From Eledone cirrhosa (taxonomy: Eukaryota), in contig OZ024764.1 of assembly GCA_964016885.1 (NCBI GenBank), positions 21,514,001 to 21,578,000 of the forward strand: DNA of 64,000 nt, read 5' to 3'. The translations under genes were made by a program, and so were the position numbers. The notes under the pieces are model-generated. The model searched no databases and was not told the DNA's origin. It worked only from the letters and a program-made list of their open reading frames with translations. Shown here in pieces: positions 1-15,000 of the stretch (positions within the stretch are counted from its first letter, which is position 1; each line of letters opens with the position of its first letter).

Positions 1-3000
1 AACTACTTTTATCAGTCAGTTTAATCTAATGTCACTAATAACTACTTTCATCAGTCAGTTTAATCTACTGCCACTAATAACTACTTTTATCAGTCAGTAT
101 AATCTAATGTCACTAATAACTACTTTTATCAGTCAATATAATCTACTGCCACTAATAACTACTTTTATCAATCAGTTTAATCTAATGTCACTAATAACTA
201 CTTTTATCGGTCAGTTTAATCTAATGTAATAACTACTTTTATCAGTCAGTTTAATCTAATGTCACTAATAACTACTTTTATCAGTCAGTTTAATCTAATG
301 TCACTAATAACTACTTTTATCAGTCAGTTTAATCTAATGTAATAACTACTTTTATCAGTCAGTTTAATCTAGTGTCACTAATAACTACTTTTATCAGTCA
401 GTTTAATCTAATGTAATAACTACTTTTATCAGTCAGTATAATCTAATGTCACTAATAACTACTTTTATCAGTCAGTATAATCTAATGTCACTAATAACTA
501 CTTTTATCAGTCAGTTCAATCTAATGTCACTAATAACTACTTTTATCAGTCAGTTCAATCTAATGTCACTAATAACTACTTTTATCAGTCAGTATAATCT
601 AATGTCACTAATAACTACTTTTATCAGTCAGTTTAATCTAATGTAATAACTACTTTTATCAGTCAGTTTAATCTAGTGTCACTAATAACTACTTTTATCA
701 GTCAGTTTAATCTAATGTAATAACTACTTTTATCAGTCAGTATAATCTAATGTCACTAATAACTACTTTTATCAGTCAGTATAATCTAATGTAATAACTA
801 CTTTTATCAGTCAGTATAATCTAATGTCACTAATAACTACTTTTATCAGTCAGTATAATCTAATGTCACTAATAACTACTTTTATCAGTCAGTATAATCT
901 AATGTCACTAATAACTACTTTTATCAGTCAGTTTAATCTAATGTTACTAATAACTACTTTTATCAGTCAGTATAATCTACTGCCACTAATAACTACTTTT
1001 ATCAGTCAGTTTAATCTACTGCCACTAATAACTACTTTTATCAGTCACTTTAATCTAATGTCACTAATAACTACTTTTATCAGTCAGTTTAATCTAATGT
1101 CACTAATAACTACTTTTATCAGTCAGTTTAATCTAATGTCACTAATAACTACTTTTATCAGTCACTTTAATCTAATGTCACTAATAACTACTTTTATCAG
1201 TCAGTTTAATCTAATGTCACTAATAACTACTTTTATCAGTCAGTTTAATCTAATGTCACTAATAACTACTTTTATCAGTCAGTATAATCTAATGTCACTA
1301 ATAACTACTTTCATCAGTCAGTTTAATCTACTGCCACTAATAACTACTTTTATCAGTCAGTATAATCTAATGTCACTAATAACTACTTTTATCAGTCAGT
1401 TTAATCTACTGCCACTAATAACTACTTTTATCAGTCAGTATAATCTAATGTCACTAATAACTACTTTTATCAGTCAGTATAATCTACTGCCACTAATAAC
1501 TACTTTTATCAATCAGTTTAATCTAATGTCACTAATAACTACTTTTATCGGTCAGTTTAATCTAATGTAATAACTACTTTTATCAGTCAGTTTAATCTAA
1601 TGTCACTAATAACTACTTTTATCGGTCAGTTTAATATAATGTAATAACTACTTTTATCAGTCAGTTTAATCTAATGTCACTAATAACTACTTTTATCAGT
1701 CAGTTTAATCTAATGTCACTAATAACTACTTTTATCAGTCAGTTTAATCTAATGTAATAACTACTTTTATCAGTCAGTTTAATCTAGTGTCACTAATAAC
1801 TACTTTTATCAGTCAGTTTAATCTAATGTAATAACTACTTTTATCAGTCAGTATAATCTAATGTCACTAATAACTACTTTTATCAGTCAGTATAATCTAA
1901 TGTCACTAATAACTACTTTTATCAGTCAGTTCAATCTAATGTCACTAATAACTACTTTTATCAGTCAGTTCAATCTAATGTCACTAATAACTACTTTTAT
2001 CAGTCAGTATAATCTAATGTCACTAATAACTACTTTTATCAGTCAGTTTAATCTAATGTAATAACTACTTTTATCAGTCAGTTTAATCTAGTGTCACTAA
2101 TAACTACTTTTATCAGTCAGTTTAATCTAATGTAATAACTACTTTTATCAGTCAGTATAATCTAATGTCACTAATAACTACTTTTATCAGTCAGTATAAT
2201 CTAATGTAATAACTACTTTTATCAGTCAGTATAATCTAATGTCACTAATAACTACTTTTATCAGTCAGTATAATCTAATGTCACTAATAACTACTTTTAT
2301 CAGTCAGTATAATCTAATGTCACTAATAACTACTTTTATCAGTCAGTTTAATCTAATGTCACTAATAACTACTTTTATCAGTCAGTATAATCTACTGCCA
2401 CTAATAACTACTTTTATCAGTCAGTTTAATCTACTGCCACTAATAACTACTTTTATCAGTCAGTTTAATCTAATGTCACTAATAACTACTTTTATCAGTC
2501 AGTTTAATCTAATGTCACTAATAACTACTTTTATCAGTCAGTTTAATCTAATGTCACTAATAACTACTTTTATCAGTCAGTTTAATCTAATGTCACTAAT
2601 AACTACTTTTATCAGTCAGTTTAATCTAATGTCACTAATAACTACTTTCATCAGTCAGTTTAATCTACTGCCACTAATAACTACTTTTATCAGTCAGTAT
2701 AATCTAATGTCACTAATAACTACTTTTATCAGTCAGTTTAATCTACTGCCACTAATAACTACTTTTATCAGTCAGTATAATCTAATGTCACTAATAACTA
2801 CTTTTATCAGTCAGTATAATCTACTGCCACTAATAACTACTTTTATCAATCAGTTTAATCTAATGTCACTAATAACTACTTTTATCGGTCAGTTTAATCT
2901 AATGTAATAACTACTTTTATCAGTCAGTTTAATCTAATGTCACTAATAACTACTTTTATCGGTCAGTTTAATCTAATGTAATAACTACTTTTATCAGTCA

Positions 3001-6000
3001 GTTTAATCTAATGTCACTAATAACTACTTTTATCAGTCAGTTTAATCTAATGTCACTAATAACTACTTTTATCAGTCAGTTTAATCTAATGTAATAACTA
3101 CTTTTATCAGTCAGTTTAATCTAGTGTCACTAATAACTACTTTTATCAGTCAGTTTAATCTAATGTAATAACTACTTTTATCAGTCAGTATAATCTAATG
3201 TCACTAATAACTACTTTTATCAGTCAGTATAATCTAATGTCACTAATAACTACTTTTATCAGTCAGTTCAATCTAATGTCACTAATAACTACTTTTATCA
3301 GTCAGTTCAATCTAATGTCACTAATAACTACTTTTATCAGTCAGTATAATCTAATGTCACTAATAACTACTTTTATCAGTCAGTTTAATCTAATGTAATA
3401 ACTACTTTTATCAGTCAGTTTAATCTAGTGTCACTAATAACTACTTTTATCAGTCAGTTTAATCTAATGTAATAACTACTTTTATCAGTCAGTATAATCT
3501 AATGTCACTAATAACTACTTTTATCAGTCAGTATAATCTAATGTAATAACTACTTTTATCAGTCAGTATAATCTAATGTCACTAATAACTACTTTTATCA
3601 GTCAGTATAATCTAATGTCACTAATAACTACTTTTATCAGTCAGTATAATCTAATGTCACTAATAACTACTTTTATCAGTCAGTTTAATCTAATGTCACT
3701 AATAACTACTTTTATCAGTCAGTATAATCTACTGCCACTAATAACTACTTTTATCAGTCAGTTTAATCTACTGCCACTAATAACTACTTTTATCAGTCAG
3801 TTTAATCTAATGTCACTAATAACTACTTTTATCAGTCAGTTTAATCTAATGTCACTAATAACTACTTTTATCAGTCAGTTTAATCTAATGTCACTAATAA
3901 CTACTTTTATCAGTCAGTTTAATCTAATGTCACTAATAACTACTTTTATCAGTCAGTTTAATCTAATGTCACTAATAACTACTTTCATCAGTCAGTTTAA
4001 TCTACTGCCACTAATAACTACTTTTATCAGTCAGTATAATCTAATGTCACTAATAACTACTTTTATCAGTCAGTTTAATCTACTGCCACTAATAACTACT
4101 TTTATCAGTCAGTATAATCTAATGTCACTAATAACTACTTTTATCAGTCAGTATAATCTACTGCCACTAATAACTACTTTTATCAATCAGTTTAATCTAA
4201 TGTCACTAATAACTACTTTTATCGGTCAGTTTAATCTAATGTAATAACTACTTTTATCAGTCAGTTTAATCTAATGTCACTAATAACTACTTTTATCAGT
4301 CAGTTTAATCTAATGTCACTAATAACTACTTTTATCAGTCAGTTTAATCTAATGTAATAACTACTTTTATCAGTCAGTTTAATCTAGTGTCACTAATAAC
4401 TACTTTTATCAGTCAGTTTAATCTAATGTAATAACTACTTTTATCAGTCAGTATAATCTAATGTCACTAATAACTACTTTTATCAGTCAGTATAATCTAA
4501 TGTCACTAATAACTACTTTTATCAGTCAGTTCAATCTAATGTCACTAATAACTACTTTTATCAGTCAGTTCAATCTAATGTCACTAATAACTACTTTTAT
4601 CAGTCAGTATAATCTAATGTCACTAATAACTACTTTTATCAGTCAGTTTAATCTAATGTAATAACTACTTTTATCAGTCAGTTTAATCTAGTGTCACTAA
4701 TAACTACTTTTATCAGTCAGTTTAATCTAATGTAATAACTACTTTTATCAGTCAGTATAATCTAATGTCACTAATAACTACTTTTATCAGTCAGTATAAT
4801 CTAATGTAATAACTACTTTTATCAGTCAGTATAATCTAATGTCACTAATAACTACTTTTATCAGTCAGTATAATCTAATGTCACTAATAACTACTTTTAT
4901 CAGTCAGTATAATCTAATGTCACTAATAACTACTTTTATCAGTCAGTTTAATCTAATGTCACTAATAACTACTTTTATCAGTCAGTATAATCTACTGCCA
5001 CTAATAACTACTTTTATCAGTCAGTTTAATCTACTGCCACTAATAACTACTTTTATCAGTCAGTTTAATCTACTGCCACTAATAACTACTTTTATCAGTC
5101 AGTTTAATCTACTGCCACTAATAACTACTTTTATCAGTCAGTATAATCTAATGTCACTAATAACTACTTTTATCAGTCAGTTTAATCTACTGCCACTAAT
5201 AACTACTTTTATCAGTCAGTTTAATCTACTGCCACTAATAACTACTTTTATCAGTCAGTATAATCTAATGTCACTAATAACTACTTTTATCAGTCAGTTT
5301 AATCTAATGTCACTAATAACTACTTTTATCAGTCAGTTTAATCTAATGTCACTAATAACTACTTTTATCAGTCAGTTTAATCTAATGTCACTAATAACTA
5401 CTTTTATCAGTCAGTTTAATCTAATGTCACTAATAACTACTTTCATCAGTCAGTTTAATCTACTGCCACTAATAACTACTTTTATCAGTCAGTATAATCT
5501 AATGTCACTAATAACTACTTTTATCAGTCAGTATAATCTAATGTCACTAATAACTACTTTTATCAGTCAGTTTAATCTAATGTCACTAATAACTACTTTT
5601 ATCAGTCAGTATAATCTACTGCCACTAATAACTACTTTTATCAGTCAGTTTAATCTACTGCCACTAATAACTACTTTTATCAGTCAGTATAATCTAATGT
5701 CACTAATAACTACTTTTATCAGTCAGTATAATCTACTGCCACTAATAACTACTTTTATCAATCAGTTTAATCTAATGTCACTAATAACTACTTTTATCGG
5801 TCAGTTTAATCTAATGTAATAACTACTTTTATCAGTCAGTTTAATCTAATGTCACTAATAACTACTTTTATCAGTCAGTTTAATCTAATGTCACTAATAA
5901 CTACTTTTATCAGTCAGTTTAATCTAATGTAATAACTACTTTTATCAGTCAGTTTAATCTAGTGTCACTAATAACTACTTTTATCAGTCAGTTTAATCTA

Positions 6001-9000
6001 ATGTAATAACTACTTTTATCAGTCAGTATAATCTAATGTCACTAATAACTACTTTTATCAGTCAGTATAATCTAATGTCACTAATAACTACTTTTATCAG
6101 TCAGTTCAATCTAATGTCACTAATAACTACTTTTATCAGTCAGTTCAATCTAATGTCACTAATAACTACTTTTATCAGTCAGTATAATCTAATGTCACTA
6201 ATAACTACTTTTATCAGTCAGTTTAATCTAATGTAATAACTACTTTTATCAGTCAGTTTAATCTAGTGTCACTAATAACTACTTTTATCAGTCAGTTTAA
6301 TCTAATGTAATAACTACTTTTATCAGTCAGTATAATCTAATGTCACTAATAACTAGTTTTATCAGTCAGTATAATCTAATGTAATAACTACTTTTATCAG
6401 TCAGTATAATCTAATGTCACTAATAACTACTTTTATCAGTCAGTATAATCTAATGTCACTAATAACTACTTTTATCAGTCAGTATAATCTAATGTCACTT
6501 ATAACTACTTTTATCAGTCAGTTTAATCTAATGTCACTAATAACTACTTTTATCAGTCAGTATAATCTACTGCCACTAATAACTACTTTTATCAGTCAGT
6601 TTAATCTACTGCCACTAATAACTACTTTTATCAGTCAGTTTAATCTAATGTCACTAATAACTACTTTTATCAGTCAGTTTAATCTAATGTCACTAATAAC
6701 TACTTTTATCAGTCAGTTTAATCTAATGTCACTAATAACTACTTTTATCAGTCAGTTTAATCTAATGTCACTAATAACTACTTTTATCAGTCAGTTTAAT
6801 CTAATGTCACTAATAACTACTTTTATCAGTCAGTTTAATCTACTGCCACTAATAACTACTTTTATCAGTCAGTTTAATCTAATGTCACTAATAACTACTT
6901 TTATCAGTCAGTATAATCTAATGTCACTAATAACTACTTTTATCAGTCAGTTTAATCTACTGCCACTAATAACTACTTTTATCAGTCAGTATAATCTAAT
7001 GTCACTAATAACTACTTTTATCAGTCAGTATAATCTACTGCCACTAATAACTACTTTTATCAATCAGTTTAATCTAATGTCACTAATAACTACTTTTATC
7101 GGTCAGTTTAATCTAATGTAATAACTACTTTTATCAGTCAGTTTAATCTAATGTCACTAATAACTACTTTTATCGGTCAGTTTAATCTAATGTAATAACT
7201 ACTTTTATCAGTCAGTTTAATCTAATGTCACTAATAACTACTTTTATCAGTCAGTATAATCTAATGTCACTAATAACTACTTTTATCAGTCAATTTAATC
7301 TAATGTCACTAATAACTACTTTTATCAGTCAGTTTAATCTAATGTCACTAATAACTACTTTTATCAGTCAGTTTAATCTAATGTCACTAATAACTACTTT
7401 TATCAGTCAGTTTAATCTAATGTAATAACTACTTTTATCTGTCAGTTTAATCTAATGTCACTAATAACTACTTTTATCAGTCAGTTTAATCTAATGTCAC
7501 TAATAACTATTTTTATCAGTCAGTTTTAATCTAATGTCACTAATAACTACTTTTATCAGTCAGTTTAATCTAATGTCACTAATAACTACTTTTATCAGTC
7601 AGTATAATCTAATGTCACTAATAACTACTTTTATCAGTCAGTATAATCTAATGTCACTAATAACTACTTTTATCAGTCAGTTTAATCTAATGTAATAACT
7701 ACTTTTATCAGTCAGTTTTAATCTAATGTCACTAATAACTACTTTTATCAGTCAGTTTAATCTAATGTAATAACTACTTTTATCAGTCAGTTTAATCTAA
7801 TGTAATTACTTTTATCAGTCAGTATAATTTAATGTCACTAATAACTACTTTTATCAGTCAGTATAATCTAATGTCACTAATAACTACTTTTATCAGTCAG
7901 TTTAATCTAATGTCACTAATAACTACTTTTATCAGTCAGTTTAATCTAATGTCACTAATAACTACTTTTATCAGTCAGTTTAATCTAATGTCACTAATAA
8001 CTACTTTTATCAGTCAGTTTAATCTAATGTAATTACTTTTATCAGTCAGTATAATTTAATGTCACTAATAACTACTTTTATCAGTCAGTATAATCTAATG
8101 TCACTAATAACTACTTTTATCAGTCAGTTTAATCTAATGTCACTAATAACTACTTTTATCAGTCAGTTTAATCTAATGTCACTAATAACTACTTTTATCA
8201 GCCAGTTTAATCTAATGTCACTAATAACTACTTTTATCAGTCAGTTTAATCTAATGTCACTAATTAGCTCTTTTATCAGTCAGTTTAATCTAATGTCACT
8301 AATAACTACTTTTATCAGTCAGTTTAATCTAATGTCACTAATAACTACTTGTATCAGTCAGTTTAATCTAATGTCACTAATAACTGCTTTTATCAGTCAG
8401 TTTAATCTAATGTCACTAATAACTACTTTTATCAGTCATTTTAATCTAATGTCACTAATAACTACGTTTATCAGTCAGTTTAATCTAATGTCACTAATAA
8501 CTACTTTTATCAGTCAGTTCAATCTAATGTCACTAATAACTACTTTTATCAGTCAGTATAATCTAATGTCACTAATAACTACTTTTATCAGTCAGTTTAA
8601 TCTAATGTAATAACTACTTTTATCAGTCAGTTTAATCTAATGTCACTAATAACTACTTTTATCAGTCAGTTTAATCTAATGTCACTAATAACTACTTTTA
8701 TCAGTCAGTTTAATCTAATGTCACTAATAACTACTTTTATCAGTCAGTTTAATCTAATGTCACTAATAACTACTTTTATCAGTCAGTTTAATCTAATGTC
8801 ACTAATAACTACTTTTATCAGTCAGTTTAATCTAATGTCACTAATAACTACTTTTATCAGTCAGTTCAATCTAATGTCACTAATAACTACTTTTATCAGT
8901 CAGTATAATCTAATGTCACTAATAACTACTTTTATCAGTCAGTTTAATCTAATGTAATAACTACTTTTATCAGTCAGTTTAATCTAATGTCACTAATAAC

Positions 9001-12000
9001 TACTTTTATCAGTCAGTTTAATCTAATGTCACTAATAACTACTTTTATCAGTCAGTTTAATCTAATGTCACTAATAACTACTTTTATCAGTCAGTTTAAT
9101 CTAATGTAATAACTACTTTTATCAGTCAGTTTAATCTAATGTCACTAATAACTACTTTTATCAGTCAGTATAATCTAATGTCACTAATAACTACTTTTAT
9201 CAGTCAGTATAATCTAATGTCACTAATAACTACTTTTATCAGTCAGTTCAATCTAATGTCACTAATAACTACTTTTATCAGTCAGTTCAATCTAATGTCA
9301 CTAATAACTACTTTTATCAGTCAGTATAATCTAATGTCACTAATAACTACTTTTATCAGTCAGTTTAATCTAATGTAATAACTACTTTTATCAGTCAGTT
9401 TAATCTAGTGTCACTAATAACTACTTTTATCAGTCAGTTTAATCTAATGTAATAACTACTTTTATCAGTCAGTATAATCTAATGTCACTAATAACTACTT
9501 TTATCAGTCAGTATAATCTAATGTAATAACTACTTTTATCAGTCAGTATAATCTAATGTCACTAATAACTACTTTTATCAGTCAGTATAATCTAATGTCA
9601 CTAATAACTACTTTTATCAGTCAGTATAATCTAATGTCACTAATAACTACTTTTATCAGTCAGTTTAATCTAATGTCACTAATAACTACTTTTATCAGTC
9701 AGTATAATCTACTGCCACTAATAACTACTTTTATCAGTCAGTTTAATCTAATGTCACTAATAACTACTTTTATCAGTCAGTTTAATCTACTGCCACTAAT
9801 AACTACTTTTATCAGTCAGTATAATCTAATGTCACTAATAACTACTTTTATCAGTCAGTATAATCTACTGCCACTAATAACTACTTTTATCAATCAGTTT
9901 AATCTAATGTCACTAATAACTACTTTTATCGGTCAGTTTAATCTAATGTAATAACTACTTTTATCAGTCAGTTTAATCTAATGTCACTAATAACTACTTT
10001 TATCAGTCAGTTTAATCTAATGTCACTAATAACTACTTTTATCAGTCAGTTTAATCTAATGTAATAACTACTTTTATCAGTCAGTTTAATCTAGTGTCAC
10101 TAATAACTACTTTTATCAGTCAGTTTAATCTAATGTAATAACTACTTTTATCAGTCAGTATAATCTAATGTCACTAATAACTACTTTTATCAGTCAGTAT
10201 AATCTAATGTCACTAATAACTACTTTTATCAGTCAGTTCAATCTAATGTCACTAATAACTACTTTTATCAGTCAGTTCAATCTAATGTCACTAATAACTA
10301 CTTTTATCAGTCAGTATAATCTAATGTCACTAATAACTACTTTTATCAGTCAGTTTAATCTAATGTAATAACTACTTTTATCAGTCAGTTTAATCTAGTG
10401 TCACTAATAACTACTTTTATCAGTCAGTTTAATCTAATGTAATAACTACTTTTATCAGTCTGTATAATCTAATGTCACTAATAACTACTTTTATCAGTCA
10501 GTATAATCTAATGTCACTAATAACTACTTTTATCAGTCAGTATAATCTAATGTCACTAATAACTACTTTTATCAGTCAGTATAATCTAATGTCACTAATA
10601 ACTACTTTTATCAGTCAGTTTAATCTAATGTCACTAATAACTACTTTTATCAGTCAGTATAATCTACTGCCACTAATAACTACTTTTATCAGTCAGTTTA
10701 ATCTACTGCCACTAATAACTACTTTTATCAGTCAGTTTAATCTAATGTCACTAATAACTACTTTTATCAGTCAGTTTAATCTAATGTCACTAATAACTAC
10801 TTTTATCAGTCAGTTTAATCTAATGTCACTAATAACTACTTTTATCAGTCAGTTTAATCTAATGTCACTAATAACTACTTTTATCAGTCAGTTTAATCTA
10901 ATGTCACTAATAACTACTTTCATCAGTCAGTTTAATCTACTGCCACTAATAACTACTTTTATCAGTCAGTATAATCTAATGTCACTAATAACTACTTTTA
11001 TCAGTCAGTTTAATCTACTGCCACTAATAACTACTTTTATCAGTCAGTATAATCTAATGTCACTAATAACTACTTTTATCAGTCAGTATAATCTACTGCC
11101 ACTAATAACTACTTTTATCAATCAGTTTAATCTAATGTCACTAATAACTACTTTTATCGGTCAGTTTAATCTAATGTAATAACTACTTTTATCAGTCAGT
11201 TTAATCTAATGTCACTAATAACTACTTTTATCGGTCAGTTTAATCTAATGTAATAACTACTTTTATCAGTCAGTTTAATCTAATGTCACTAATAACTACT
11301 TTTATCAGTCAGTATAATCTAATGTCACTAATAACTACTTTTATCAGTCAGTTTAATCTAATGTCACTAATAACTACTTTTATCAGTCAGTTTAATCTAA
11401 TGTCACTAATAACTACTTTTATCAGTCAGTTTAATCTAATGTCACTAATAACTACTTTTATCAGTCAGTTTAATCTAATGTAATAACTACTTTTATCTGT
11501 CAGTTTAATCTAATGTCACTAATAACTACTTTTATCAGTCAGTTTAATCTAATGTCACTAATAACTACTTTTATCAGTCAGTTTTAATCTAATGTCACTA
11601 ATAACTACTTTTATCAGTCAGTTTAATCTAATGTCACTAATAACTACTTTTATCAGTCAGTATAATCTAATGTCACTAATAACTACTTTTATCAGTCAGT
11701 ATAATCTAATGTCACTAATAACTACTTTTATCAGTCAGTTTAATCTAATGTAATAACTACTTTTATCAGTCAGTTTTAATCTAATGTCACTAATAACTAC
11801 TTTTATCAGTCAGTTTAATCTAATGTAATAACTACTTTTATCAGTCAGTTTAATCTAATGTAATTACTTTTATCAGTCAGTATAATTTAATGTCACTAAT
11901 AACTACTTTTATCAGTCAGTATAATCTAATGTCACTAATAACTACTTTTATCAGTCAGTTTAATCTAATGTCACTAATAACTACTTTTATCAGTCAGTTT

Positions 12001-15000
12001 AATCTAATGTCACTAATAACTACTTTTATCAGTCAGTTTAATCTAATGTCACTAATAACTACTTTTATCAGTCAGTTTAATCTAATGTAATTACTTTTAT
12101 CAGTCAGTATAATTTAATGTCACTAATAACTACTTTTATCAGTCAGTATAATCTAATGTCACTAATAACTACTTTTATCAGTCAGTTTAATCTAATGTCA
12201 CTAATAACTACTTTTATCAGTCAGTTTAATCTAATGTCACTAATAACTACTTTTATCAGCCAGTTTAATCTAATGTCACTAATAACTACTTTTATCAGTC
12301 AGTTTAATCTAATGTCACTAATAACTACTTTTATCAGTCAGTTTAATCTAATGTCACTAATAACTACTTTTATCAGTCAGTTTAATCTAATGTCACTAAT
12401 AACTACTTTTATCAGTCAGTTTAATCTAATGTCACTAATAACTACTTTTATCAGTCAGTTTAATCTAATGTCACTAATAACTAGTTTTATCAGTCAGAAT
12501 AATCTAATCTCACTAATAACTACTTTTATCAGTCAGTTTAATCTAATGTCACTAATAACTACTTTTATCAGCCAGTTTAATCTAATGTCACTAATAACTA
12601 CTTTTATCAGTCAGTTTAATCTAATGTCACTAATAACTACTTTTATCAGTCAGTTTAATCTAATGTCACTAATAACTACTTTTATCAGTCAGTTTAATCT
12701 AATGTCACTAATAACTGCTTTTATCAGTCAGTTTAATCTAATGTCACTAATAACTACTTTTATCAGTCATTTTAATCTAATGTCACTAATAACTACGTTT
12801 ATCAGTCAGTTTAATCTAATGTCACTAATAACTACTTTTATCAGTCAGTTCAATCTAATGTCACTAATAACTACTTTTATCAGTCAGTATAATCTAATGT
12901 CACTAATAACTACTTTTATCAGTCAGTTTAATCTAATGTAATAACTACTTTTATCAGTCAGTTTAATCTAATGTCACTAATAACTACTTTTATCAGTCAG
13001 TTTAATCTAATGTAATAACTACTTTTATCAGTCAGTTTAATCTAGTGTCACTAATAACTACTTTTATCAGTCAGTTTAATCTAATGTAATAACTACTTTT
13101 ATCAGTCAGTATAATCTAATGTCACTAATAACTACTTTTATCAGTCAGTATAATCTAATGTCACTAATAACTACTTTTATCAGTCAGTTCAATCTAATGT
13201 CACTAATAACTACTTTTATCAGTCAGTTCAATCTAATGTCACTAATAACTACTTTTATCAGTCAGTATAATCTAATGTCACTAATAACTACTTTTATCAG
13301 TCAGTTTAATCTAATGTAATAACTACTTTTATCAGTCAGTTTAATCTAGTGTCACTAATAACTACTTTTATCAGTCAGTTTAATCTAATGTAATAACTAC
13401 TTTTATCAGTCAGTATAATCTAATGTCACTAATAACTACTTTTATCAGTCAGTATAATCTAATGTAATAACTACTTTTATCAGTCAGTATAATCTAATGT
13501 CACTAATAACTACTTTTATCAGTCAGTATAATCTAATGTCACTAATAACTACTTTTATCAGTCAGTATAATCTAATGTCACTTATAACTACTTTTATCAG
13601 TCAGTTTAATCTAATGTCACTAATAACTACTTTTATCAGTCAGTATAATCTACTGCCACTAATAACTACTTTTATCAGTCAGTTTAATCTACTGCCACTA
13701 ATAACTACTTTTATCAGTCAGTTTAATCTAATGTCACTAATAACTACTTTTATCAGTCAGTTTAATCTAATGTCACTAATAACTACTTTTATCAGTCAGT
13801 TTAATCTAATGTCACTAATAACTACTTTTATCAGTCAGTTTAATCTAATGTCACTAATAACTACTTTTATCAGTCAGTTTAATCTAATGTCACTAATAAC
13901 TACTTTTATCAGTCAGTTTAATCTACTGCCACTAATAACTACTTTTATCAGTCAGTTTAATCTAATGTCACTAATAACTACTTTTATCAGTCAGTATAAT
14001 CTAATGTCACTAATAACTACTTTTATCAGTCAGTTTAATCTACTGCCACTAATAACTACTTTTATCAGTCAGTATAATCTAATGTCACTAATAACTACTT
14101 TTATCAGTCAGTATAATCTACTGCCACTAATAACTACTTTTATCAATCAGTTTAATCTAATGTCACTAATAACTACTTTTATCGGTCAGTTTAATCTAAT
14201 GTAATAACTACTTTTATCAGTCAGTTTAATCTAATGTCACTAATAACTACTTTTATCGGTCAGTTTAATCTAATGTAATAACTACTTTTATCAGTCAGTT
14301 TAATCTAATGTCACTAATAACTACTTTTATCAGTCAGTATAATCTAATGTCACTAATAACTACTTTTATCAGTCAATTTAATCTAATGTCACTAATAACT
14401 ACTTTTATCAGTCAGTTTAATCTAATGTCACTAATAACTACTTTTATCAGTCAGTTTAATCTAATGTCACTAATAACTACTTTTATCAGTCAGTTTAATC
14501 TAATGTAATAACTACTTTTATCTGTCAGTTTAATCTAATGTCACTAATAACTACTTTTATCAGTCAGTTTAATCTAATGTCACTAATAACTATTTTTATC
14601 AGTCAGTTTTAATCTAATGTCACTAATAACTACTTTTATCAGTCAGTTTAATCTAATGTCACTAATAACTACTTTTATCAGTCAGTATAATCTAATGTCA
14701 CTAATAACTACTTTTATCAGTCAGTATAATCTAATGTCACTAATAACTACTTTTATCAGTCAGTTTAATCTAATGTAATAACTACTTTTATCAGTCAGTT
14801 TTAATCTAATGTCACTAATAACTACTTTTATCAGTCAGTTTAATCTAATGTAATAACTACTTTTATCAGTCAGTTTAATCTAATGTAATTACTTTTATCA
14901 GTCAGTATAATTTAATGTCACTAATAACTACTTTTATCAGTCAGTATAATCTAATGTCACTAATAACTACTTTTATCAGTCAGTTTAATCTAATGTCACT

